Shown piece after piece: positions 23,133-34,600 of a stretch of 64,000 nt of DNA; positions within the stretch are counted from its first letter, which is position 1; each line of letters opens with the position of its first letter. The DNA is from Sphaerodactylus townsendi (lineage: Eukaryota). Both the position numbers and the translations under genes were made by a program. The notes below the pieces were generated by a model. That model did no database searches, was not told the DNA's origin, and saw nothing but the letters and a program-made list of their open reading frames with translations. Location: positions 22,506,001-22,570,000 of the forward strand of contig NC_059439.1 in NCBI RefSeq assembly GCF_021028975.2, read 5' to 3'.

Positions 23133-24323
23133 CCCTAGAGGAATATAGAGAGTAACTATATGGGATTATACAATACGGAACTCCCTCTTCTCCTGAAGTC
23201 TTATCATTTCCAGACTCCCGCCCAAATATTTTGAGGAATTTCCCAAATTTGAGTCAGCAACTCTACCAATCAGTGGCTCAGGAATACTTATATGGCTGGC
23301 AAGTAGCTCTTGGCATATGATCCATCTTCCAGTCTCCAGGAATGTTTCCACCAGGATCTGGCAACTGTACCCTGACATTCCTCACAAGTGACCAGCCTCA
23401 CATACCTCACAAGTAGTCTGTTATGGGGAATGGAGGGGAAGGCAGCCCTGTACTCAGTCATTTCCAGTGACTTCACTTTCCCTCCATCAGTTACCCTCTG
23501 CAATGTGGGTTACACTGTTTTCTATTATGTTTAACATTCTTGTCCCAGCTCTGGGAAGTTTGGGGCATTGGACCAGATTTATTGTGGAGGAAGGTCATGC
23601 CTGCCTGCTTATCTACCCCATTTTGGGGACTCCATTAAGGGTTTGGGAAGTGGAGCCATGCAGTGGCATGCCCAACTCAGGGACTGCCACTTTGCTCAAC
23701 TTCCAGAGGCCCTTAGCTATGTGGTACTTCTGGGCTCACCATGCCACATTCAGCCCTAGGAAGCATGCTTTGGAGGTGTCCATCATTCAACAGGAAAGTT
23801 GCCTGATGCCTGGATCCACGCCATATGTCATGCCAATACTCCAATGGATATAATTAATAAAGCTCTGGATGATTGATGTCTTCCGGGATCTCTTCCTTCC
23901 CCTGTTCCTCCTCCCCCCCTCCTCTCCCACCCTTAGGATCTCAACTAATTTCAGACTGCTGATATGTTGAGACCAAATTTCCAAACACTAAACCAATAGT
24001 AATTATTCACCTCCCGAATAACAATGTTTTTACCTGTCACTACAATTGGACTGTTAATTACTTCAAAAAGGGCCAGAAGGCATTTATAAAATGCCACTTT
24101 GGGCTGAGAACAGAAGGCATATCAGAAGTCAATGAGAAATCTACAAAGAAAAATCCGTAAGACATATAGATACAAAACTTACTAAATAAACTTATCATAT
24201 AGATACATATTAATGTAATTTAACTGTAAAACAGTGAGGAATCTGCTCTCATTTGGACAGATTCCATTTGTTGTCATCTGGTAACATAGTTATTAAGTTC
24301 AGAGTATTTAAGGACCTTTTATA

Positions 24324-24452
24324 NNNNNNNNNNNNNNNNNNNNNNNNNNNNNNNNNNNNNNNNNNNNNNNNNNNNNNNNNNNNNNNNNNNNNNNNNNNNN
24401 NNNNNNNNNNNNNNNNNNNNNNNNNNNNNNNNNNNNNNNNNNNNNNNNNNNN
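24324..24452. other. Assembly gap
   Basis: Run of N. Confidence 0.99.
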
Positions 24453-24835
24453 TCAATTAGATGAGCATGCAGTAGAGAATGTGTGTATGGAAGATGACAG
24501 TATTTGGTTGAGAAATACGAGAACGTCTTGTTAACATTCACCTATACATGAAAGCAGGATCCTTCTCCCCCCGCATGCATCTTTGATGTGACTGTCTATA
24601 GTCATTTTCAATAATTGGAATACGTGAACATAGTGCAATTCAAGGACGGAAGACCCAAGTAAATTCAAGTGAGCAGAATGCACTAACACTGAGAGTATAG
24701 TGGTAAGCATCTTATCTTTCAATTGGGCATCATAATAATGCTTCATTTTTACATAGACTTGTACATGTTATAGTATTGGTTTTATGTAGACTCTGTTGCT
24801 ATGCTTTAACATTTTTAAATGGTTTTGGAATAGCC

Positions 24836-24981
24836 CAGTGGTGGCGAACCTTTGGCACTCCAGATGTTATGGACTACAATTCCCATCATCCCCTGCCAGC
24901 ATGGCCAACTGGCCATGCTGACAGGGGCTGATGGGAATTGTAGTCCACAACATCTGGAGTGCCAAAGGTTCGCCACCACGG
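24836..24981. mobile_element. Palindromic hAT MITE
   Basis: TIR CAGTGGTGGCGAACCTTTGGCAC; TSD GAATAGCC / GAATAGAC. Confidence 0.8.
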
Positions 24982-26079
24982 GAATAGACTGAAGTTTGGA
25001 ATAGTGTGAAGAATCTACACTAACTTGATTTATATTAGTTAGTGTTCTATCAGTTCTATCAGCAAACATATTCAGCTGCTTGGTTGGATTTGTACAAAGT
25101 GTTTGCTGGTGAAAGAGGGAGAATCAACCATGAGCCTGGCCTTGGTTGGAGTGGGCAGGATATTAAGTCAAAATAAAAATAAAGAGCCCTTTGCATCACC
25201 CAGATGCTATGATAGAGAGTGTCAGACTCATGTGGATGATAGCTATCCAGTGCTGGAAGCCCACTGTGTAGGAGATCAGCGGTCAATCAGAACGGCTGGT
25301 AGAATTCATCCTAAGGAAATGAAATCAAATCACTCTGCTTTACTCAAGTCCTGGGAAGTAATGAACATTAGTTCTTTTCCTATCCGATGCTTTAAACTGA
25401 ATGTTTGCTTTCATTATGCAATTAGATGTATGGGATAATTTATTTTTTATCCACATTTTAATCAAATTATTTTATAACATGTTATACATTTATAATGATT
25501 TAACAAAATTGTGGTTTTAATGTTTGAAAAAGGTAGACACACACACACACACACCTATACTACCAAATTGTTTTTTGGCTGTATAATGCAATTTTTATTT
25601 CAGTGTTCTCTCGTTTTTTGGTTTAATTTTAATGTAATGTCCATTGCATGTATTACACTGGTATTCATTTCTTTTCTTTGTTTTTTTGTTTTAATTCTGT
25701 GCTTCACTCTGAGCTTCAATGAAAAAGGTGAAATATAAATCAAGTAAATTTAGAAATAAATTGTCTATGTTTGCTCACTCAAATTGTCAATAATACCGGT
25801 GGCAAGACCAATTCAAATGGGTTGTTTTTATTTCTGACAACAAGCTGGTTCCTGTAAGTAATTCTTTCTATCTATAGTAGCTTTCATGTTGTTTTATACA
25901 TCTGCATTTGCAGCAAGCCTTTCTATTGCATTCCTCATTTAAGAAATTTCCTCTCCCCCCCATTAAGTTTTCCTGAGGTCCCCCTGCTCGAGTGAATTTT
26001 TATATTATTTACTAAACAAATTGGTGAATTAAATGAATACTTTGCCTCTATTAGCTATCTAATAATTGTAAAATGCAGG

Positions 26080-29000
26080 GGTTAGAGTGTCAGACTAGGA
26101 TGTGGGAGAATCAGCTTTAAATCTTTACTCCACCATTGAAGCTCATTGGGTAATCTTGGGCCAGTCACATACTTTGAGCCTAAAATACCTCACAACATTC
26201 TTGTGAGAATTGTAAGCCATTGTGGGTTCCTTTGAAAGAAAAGTGGGGTATAAAGGAAGTAAATGAATGAATGAATGAATGAACAGTTTCCAAACATTCT
26301 GAATTGCTTTGCCTTGAGAAAGATTCAAGGTGAAGAATGCACTTGGAGTAAAGTGAGGGGTCATTCATGAGTACTTGAGACAAAAATGAGATGTGTAAAC
26401 TTTGGAGAGCTGTAAGATACCCTTTTAGAAATCTCTTCCCCATAGGTACTTGCTCCAGGATTTTCAGAATTCTCAAGCATTTGAGCACACTGATGTTTCT
26501 CTCCTCCCAAATTAGCTGACATCCATCTGCTCTTAACAGCTCACTTCTGGATTTGTTTGTGTGTGTTTTCTCTCCCCTTTTGATTGAAATGTATGTGTAA
26601 AGTGTCATCAAGTCTCAGCTGACTTGTAGCGCCCCCCCCCCCCAGGTTTTCAAGGCAAAAGACATTCAGAGGCAGTTTGCCATGCCCTGCCTCCATGAGG
26701 GCTGAGAGAGTTCTAAGAGAACTGTAAAAGACCAAAAGTTCTCCAGATTAGAGTTTTCCACTCTTAACAGCTACACCACATTAGCTCCCTAGATCCAAGG
26801 ACCACAAGTTTATGAAAATATGCAGTGCCGGTACTAGTACACGTATGTGCACATGTGTGTGTGTGTGGCATGTATGAGCATCTGTTGTCTCCATCACAGT
26901 GAAGAGAAATCTAACAAAGCTGTCTGTGCTGCCCTTCTTCCTAATAGAGACCTGAAGCCGCTTACAACGTTTTCCTCTCCTCCATTTTATCCTCACAACG
27001 GTCTTATAAGGTAAGTTTATTGGAGAATGTTTGATCTCTTTGCCAGCAATAGGGGCCTCCTTCCTGCCCTTCCTGAAGCACCTGTGGAAACGGTGAGCCT
27101 GTTCCCATATGGGATTGCAATGCTCGAGACCAACAAGAGTTTCAGGGTATAAGCTTTCAAAAGCCAAAACTCCCTCAGGGAGCTTATATCCTAAAATTCT
27201 TGCTACTTTCTATGGTGCTTCTGGATTCAAATCTAACTGGGCTCAAATCTAATTGTTCTACTGAAGACCAGCATGGCTCCCTTCTGAAACGGAGTGAGTT
27301 TTGCATGTGTATGCCTACATCCATCTGTAGGAAAGGGGCAATACGTGTTCTCTTTAAAAATTAAACTGAGGACCAGGAACTGGATGAGTAATTCAAGTTT
27401 AGGGTTAAAATCACAAAGTCTGCTCTATATTTATTGAACTTAATGTGAGAATTACTGAACATACATATCAAAAAAGATATGTATGCTGTTCAGAGTTTCA
27501 ATGTGTGTTCACTGTAACTTGCAAATCCTCAGATCTATGCTTCTCTAAGTTCAATTAAATGTTCTTCTTGAGTCAGAATTTTAACATTTATCTTTCTGTT
27601 TTCTTCCAGAGTTTTTAATAGCTAAAAAAATGGCTAACGAAACATCCATCTCAGAGTTCCTGCTCCTTGAATTCTCTGTGGTACGGGAACATCAGATCCT
27701 TCACTTCTTTTTATTTCTGGCATTGTACCTAGCCACAGTCACAGGGAATCTCCTCATCATCTCTGCAGTGGCTTTTGACTGTCATTTGCACACTCCTATG
27801 TACTTCTTTCTCATGAATTTGGCCTTGCAGGACCTTGGCTCAGTTTCAGTCATTATCCCCAAATCCATGTTCAATTCCCTCTTGAATACCAGAGACATTT
27901 CTTATTCTGGATGTGTCGTTCAAGTTTTCTTTTTTGTGTTCTTTGTGGGGTCTGATTTTTTTCTCCTCACTGTTATGGCATATGACCGGTATGTTGCCAT
28001 TTGCAATCCCTTACAATATGAAGCAGTGATGAACAGGCAAGCTTGTACCCAAATGGTTGTCAGTGTATGGATCACGGGCCTTCTTTATGGTGCACTGCAC
28101 ACAGGTGGCACTTTTGCTGCAACTTTCTGCTCCAATGTTGTCAATCAGTTCTACTGTGAAATCCCACAGTTGCTTAAGATCTCATGTGGTGGCTCAAATG
28201 TCATTGAAGTTGGTGCTCTTGCAGTCAGTGTGATCGTAGAGTTTGGTTGTTTTGTCTTCATCATTGTTACATATGTGCTGATCTTTTCTACGGTGCTGAG
28301 AATGCCCTCTATCCAGGGGAGGCAAAAGGCCTTTTCCACTTGCCTACCACATCTCATTGTTTTCTCTACATTTATAGTCACTGGGTGGTTTGCTTACCTG
28401 AGGCCTCCCTCTCAAACACCGTCTGACCTGGATTTGGCATTAACTGTGGTCTATACTTTTGTCCCACCCATGATGAATCCCATTATTTATAGCATGAGGA
28501 ACAAGGATATCAAGGTTGCCCTGTCAAAACTATTTGTTGGGTTGGACTCAGCTGAGAAAATCTTGCCTAGTTTTTGTGTGTCTGTCTGAATGTTGTGTCT
28601 GTTCGGTTACTCTCTTTTACATGGGGGACAGATATTTCAGTTGGGCCTACAGTTGAGGTAGAAACAAAATCTGGTTCTCTTACTTTAGACACCAGTAAAT
28701 ATTCCAGTGCCAGGAATGTTAGAATATTTAGCTGCTATATCTTCTTTCTGCCAAACTTCCATGTAAACATTCCTGAGATAAATCAGTGGTAAACTCTGAA
28801 TTCTGTATGAAATGGAAAAGGCTGTATTATAGAACAACTTATATATATTTTTCAAGGAATTTTGTTCCTCATCAAAAAGCTACACATCTCCATGAGTTGT
28901 CAAATTAAATGCTCCATGGCAGGGAAGTTGACTTAAAAGATAATTACCAATAAAGCAGGGTATATTTTGGCTCCTTTTTTCCTCTAATTTGTTTTTAAAA

Positions 29001-29414
29001 GATTTTGCTCCATTTCTTTCTAAAGTTGATGGACATAGTTCTGGACTAGGTAGTAAACGAAGTAGTAAACAAAGTAGTAAAACAAGGAGTCCAAATTCAG
29101 TTTAAAATATTTATATAAATTTGGTTTCAAAAGCATATATCCATATACCCTTACTCCTTTATAGTGATGATGCAGTTTTGCTGTCCTGAACACAAGTGGA
29201 CTTAAAACATCTGCTGAATTGTTGTGTTGAGTATTGTTTGATAAATACATTGGAACTAAATTTTGAGAAATCAAAAGTCCTCGTCTTCGCTAAAACTTGG
29301 AAATTTCACAATTGAAGAATGAATGGTAAAGCATAGAGCAGGTTAAGCAGTTTAAATACCTAGGTATCTATTTTCAGTGTAATGCATTTTGGATCCTTCA
29401 CCATAGATAAGCCA
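26080..29414 (+). repeat. Segmental duplication block A2
   Basis: Matches 232-8176 across the SINE, (GAAT)n, the OR gene and the downstream LINE remnant. Confidence 0.9.
27630..28589 (+). CDS. Olfactory receptor, class II, family-14-like, intact 319 aa (copy A2)
   Basis: Same motifs as 2145-3104, with 16 amino-acid differences; retains the N-E-T sequon; acceptor CAG at 27607-27609. Confidence 0.97.
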   Translation: MANETSISEFLLLEFSVVREHQILHFFLFLALYLATVTGNLLIISAVAFDCHLHTPMYFFLMNLALQDLGSVSVIIPKSMFNSLLNTRDISYSGCVVQVFFFVFFVGSDFFLLTVMAYDRYVAICNPLQYEAVMNRQACTQMVVSVWITGLLYGALHTGGTFAATFCSNVVNQFYCEIPQLLKISCGGSNVIEVGALAVSVIVEFGCFVFIIVTYVLIFSTVLRMPSIQGRQKAFSTCLPHLIVFSTFIVTGWFAYLRPPSQTPSDLDLALTVVYTFVPPMMNPIIYSMRNKDIKVALSKLFVGLDSAEKILPSFCVSV

Positions 29415-30760
29415 TAGGCATGGCCAATACTAGCTTGGCCACTACACGGTTTTTCTTCAACAAAGGTAATCAATATATGCCTGCTGCTCTAAAAGTGTCT
29501 GATGCTAAGCTAGGCACATAATTGTTATACGGCATCCTGCTATGGACTGGAGTTGCTGATTTTACAGTGAAATGCATTCAATCAAAATATTTTGTGAAAA
29601 ATTCTGGGGGTGCTGGGATGTATCCCATATGATGCATTATGCTTGGAAACTGGCCAGAGTTTATTGAACTATAAGGTGTGACTCAGAACAGTCAAATACT
29701 GGCTGCGAATATACTGTAATCTTGATCTCAGCCTTATTTTTCAAATACTTTCTGAATCTAATTAGTCTTAATTGAAAAATAATAGATCCCTTGGTTTATC
29801 CATGGATTTGCTATATATGCTTTTGGCATCTGAGGCTTATAAAAAATAAAATGTAGACTTTTGCAGATAGAAGCACAGAAAATAGCACAGTCACTAATGC
29901 CTGTTTTCCTTTTTGATTGGGGATTCCATTTTAAATAGGTAAAATCACCACTTGTCTTTACCACCTCCATGTTACCTAGCTTAACAGGGGTACAAAATTA
30001 TATTTGAGTAGCTATGGGGAAATTACTCAGCTTGGCAATGCGAGAGGTATGCTAGGAGGGGATATTTTAGACTATGTATACGGGGAAGGATGGCATGGAG
30101 CATTCCGCAGAGTAAAACAAGGAGTCCAAATTCAGTTTAAAATATTTATATAAATTTGGTTTCAAAAGCATACATACAGCAAGGTATTGAGGCACATACA
30201 TACAAGTTCCTAAGATATAAAAAGGTGAGAAAAATAGGTTGGGTGATAGAGAGGGAATTGGGAAGCAGCAGGGTGATACTTTGCCTAACGATCTTAAGGC
30301 AGCAAACGAAGTAGTAGAAGGCAGAGATTCTATGCCAGCACAGAAACCCAGTAGAAGACGATATATCGTGTCTCACACCAACAGGACCAAGGGAGGTTCA
30401 CGTTAGCAATGAGCAATGGGTTTCAGTTGAGCAAAACTTTTATAGGGTAGATTGCTATTTTGGCGGGAAAAAGAGACCCTTAGAATTAAGTTTTGATTCC
30501 CACATCTGTGCTGGGTTTGCAGGGCTGAGCTAATCAATCAGCTCATCTATTGTGCTACGTCCCGGGACAATAGGGCCAATTGCTTTGTAAATTAACTCTG
30601 GAAGTTCTGGAAGGCTTCATGCAAACTAGCTCTGTAGAGCTGTGCTCAGGTTATTCAGATTTAGCTGAGACATCAGATTAGGGATAGGACTGATAACTTT
30701 TCACTATGTATTATGTCGTGTGTTTGTATGCCAATAAAGGATGAATGCGTGGATGGATGA
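28740..30760 (+). mobile_element. Old degenerate non-LTR retrotransposon 3' portion (clade uncertain)
   Basis: EQVKQFKYLGIYFQ RT thumb-like motif near 29335-29380; ends CCAATAAAGG followed by (GAAT/GGAT)n. Boundaries approximate. Confidence 0.5.
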
Positions 30761-31432
30761 GTTACTTTCACAACAATGGGAGGCTTTAATTGTCATAACC
30801 TTCCTGTTTGCCCTTCTGCAGACATCCAGTTGGCTATTATAGGAAGCAGAATAGTACACTAGATGGACCATTGATCTAATCTAGCAGGACACTTCTCATG
30901 TCCATTTCATAATGCTGATCACTGGCATACTTATTTGTTCTTTTCTGAGATCTTTTGCCAGAAGCTGAGACCAACATGTTGTTCTCCTTGCTTCTGCTCT
31001 ACACACTGCCACAGTATTCATCAAAATCCACTGGGGAATTAATTGTGAACCCTGTCATTATATAAACCCCTTGATCAGTTGTTCCTCTTTTCATTGCCTA
31101 CATGGATTTCAGAGAACATTAGAAGTGTGCAACTGATAAACAAGTTTCAAAAACTATATATGTGCCAATATATATAGCTGTCTCTATATAAAAGACCTCA
31201 AAACTGTTAAGCTGTGACCTGAAGGTCTGTGAGTAGACAGGGTTGTGATAGGCCAGCTTTTGGCAGCTTCCCTCTTTCTATTTTATAAGCCAGAATTCAA
31301 GCCAGTTTATTGGAACAATCAAGGTTTTCTATATTATCTGAGATAGTTGTCTGTTAGGATCACAATAGCTAAGAATGAGTTAGAGAGATCAACAAATGAT
31401 TCAGGGTGAGGATTATAGGATTTTCCTTCAGG

Positions 31433-31653
31433 ATGGCAACCTTATTTTTGTGGCTGCTGCTGCTGGGGGTGATTCCAGCTCAACGGAAGACACAGGCAAA
31501 CATGTGTCGCATGAGTGATCCACTCTTTACTCCACATGAATATTATCAGATTGGTGACCTTATAGTCGGTGGAATGACTTCTCAGCTTTCCATTTATTTT
31601 GAAGCCTTATCCTTTGTAGAACATCCTAAGACTAAGTTGATTTTGGAACCAAT
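31433..31653 (+). CDS. V2R gene 1 exon 1 (signal peptide)
   Basis: [13 protein letters not shown]...[13 protein letters not shown]; donor GTAAGG at 31654; 221 bp. Confidence 0.88.
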
Positions 31654-34600
31654 GTAAGGACACATCATAATGTACTGTCGTTGTCGAAGGGTGTAACAGA
31701 CTTCCCTCTGTGACACACCTCTGAAGATGCCAGCCACAGATGCAGGCGAAACGTTAGGCACAAGATCCACCAGCCCACGGCCACACAGCCCGGAAAACCC
31801 ACCACAACCAACACATCATAACCATTGCAAATGGATAATACAAGTATTGCTTTGTAGCCATACCACGCAAATTTATATTGATTGAACCCATCATTACTTT
31901 CACAACATTTTCTGGGTGTTTTTTTTTTTTGCTAATTAATAGCTTTTTTGCTTTGGGGTGCCAAATAATCAGTATTGTCAGAATATGCAATGATGTCAAC
32001 TGACATCAGTCTTAATGGTATGGGGTTTTCAAGGCAAGAGACATTCAGAGGTGATTTGCCATGACCAGAAACCCTGTCATGATGCTGTCATTTCTTGGAA
32101 GTCTTACAGTTCGACTTCGCTTCTGAGATCTAACAAGATGAGGCTAGCTTAGGCTGTTTGTATCATTTGTATAATTAATGGATGAATTGATAGCAACAGT
32201 GGAAAATCCAAAAAGCAATTGAGGGGGGGAATCGAGAAATATAAAAAAAGAGAAAGGGAATTTTCCCCTCATCTTGTTTTGATGCCAAACATTGTAGCCA
32301 CCATATCATATTATACAAGAATGTGTTGTTTTTTCATTAATTTGCTTAATGTGCTATATTATATTATAGAATACTTTGTAGTTTTTCTTAATTTGCTTTT
32401 GTGTTCATTACAATTTCAGCTAGTATTCTATATTGCACCATGGTTTTTGCTCCTTCTTTTCTAATTTATCTGCTTTTTCTTTTCTTTTCTCCTCTCAACT
32501 TGGTTTATTTTTTTTAAAAAAAATAGTAGCATTAGGACTTTTTTTTTCATTTTCCTCTACGCCAATTCAATTTCTCTTAGGCTCATTCCGCACATGCAGA
32601 ATAATGCACTTTCAAACTGCTTTCAGTGCTCTTTGAAGCTGTGCGGAATAGCAAAATCCACTAGCAAACAGTTGTGAAAGTGGCTTGAAAACACATTATT
32701 TTGCGTGTGCGGAAGGTACCTTACTTTATTAATTCACTGGTATCTTTTCATTTGCTGAGATTTATATGCTTTGATGTAACATGTAGATGGATAGGAACTA
32801 GACCAGCAGTTTTCCTTATATCATTCTCTTACCTTGGATTTTTGTCAATGATGAAAGTTAGTTGTGTTCAGGACGCATTGTTTTGCTGTGTATTTGCTGT
32901 TGCTTTTTATATATCTTTCTAGAGATGGCAAATAATACATTCAGCTGGAGCCAGACTATTTCTCTGCTGGTACGTTGGGCTGGAGCCAGACTATTTTTCT
33001 GCTGGTGAAAAAGGGTGGAGGGAATCCACTTCAGTCACCCCAAAAAAATGTTTTGCTGAGATTGTGGCACCTGTTTGAATGAAAGGCATGTAATAGGGGC
33101 TATGCTAAGGATATAACACAAGCTTGACCTAAAATCTGGCAGTATCCAAGCTGTTACTATTATGCAAAGTTTTCCCCAAAACACTTTAAATGAGCATGCC
33201 TTAATTTACCACAAAGCAGTTTTGGTAAAGGTTCATGAGAAGAAATAAACAAACAATGGAGTTGTATTCCTTGATGTTTATGTGAACTATTGTAAAATTT
33301 GAAATTGCTTCCTGCAATTTCATTTGTTTTGAAAATAGGCATATCACTGAGCTATTGATAATATGGTAAACATGTCTTGAATCTAATGCTCTCATTTTTT
33401 CAATACAAACTTAGAAGGTATTTAAGAAATTTTGAGATGTAACTTTTGTTGTAGTGCAACACCGAAGAACTACCAACATGTCCTTGCCCTGGCATACGCT
33501 GTGAAGGAGATTAATGACAACCCCAAGATTTTACCCAATAACAGCCTTGGTTTCCACATCTATGACAGCTACTTCAATGCCAAGTTGACCTCTCAGAATA
33601 CCTTGAACTTCTTCTGCACCTCGAAAAGGATTATCCCTAACTACAGTTGTAACAACCAGAAGAATTTAATGGCTGTCATTGGAGGCCTTGATTCTGAAAC
33701 CTCTCTCCACATAGACAACATCATTAGAATATACAAAATCCCACAGGTAAGAGTGTGTATAAATAACTCACAATCAGGACATTTCTGCTTATACTTACCC
33801 TGTAGTCTATAGAGACATTTTTCAGAGGAAATACTCAAAACAGAAGCTTCCATAGTTTATTTTTCCTAGTATGTAGCAATATCATTAAACATTACTTTAT
33901 TAATAATCAGTACCACACCCCTCAGATGTTTTTGTAAACCATGTGCTTTTCTGAAGTTTGTAGAAAGATCTGTCTGATCTGTTCATGGCTCTAATCTTCA
34001 GATTTAAGTATCCACAGATAGTGACAGATTGAGAATTAGGCATGTTGATAAATTATGATTATGTTTGAATATTGACATGGACATATGCTTAAATATCTCC
34101 TGTTCAGCTGGAACAATTTGTTTGATTTTTGCTTAGGTTACCTATAGTTTCTTTGTCCCATTGACAGATGAAAAAAACCACTTTCCTTCCATCTACCAGA
34201 TGGTCCCCAATGAAGCCAACCAGTACAAGGGGATTCTCCAACTACTTCTCCATTTCCAGTGGACATGGATTGGGATTGTTGCATTGAGTGGTGATAAAGG
34301 AGAAAGATTTGTGCAGATCTTGACACCATTGTTGTCCCAGAATGGCATCTGTCCTGCCTTCATCCATTGGCTACCAACCTTGACTTCCACTGAAGACATG
34401 ACTGATGTGTTTTACATATCAAGACCAAGAGAGTATTTGACTCTTTTTCTAACCAAAATGGAAGTCAATGTCTTTACCATAATGGCAGATACATATACAA
34501 TGTTTGTTTTAAAATGGTTTCTATATTTGACACAAATGGAAGATATGCCAGCAATAGTCACGGGTAAGGTATGGATTTTGACTGCAGAGTGGGATTTCTC

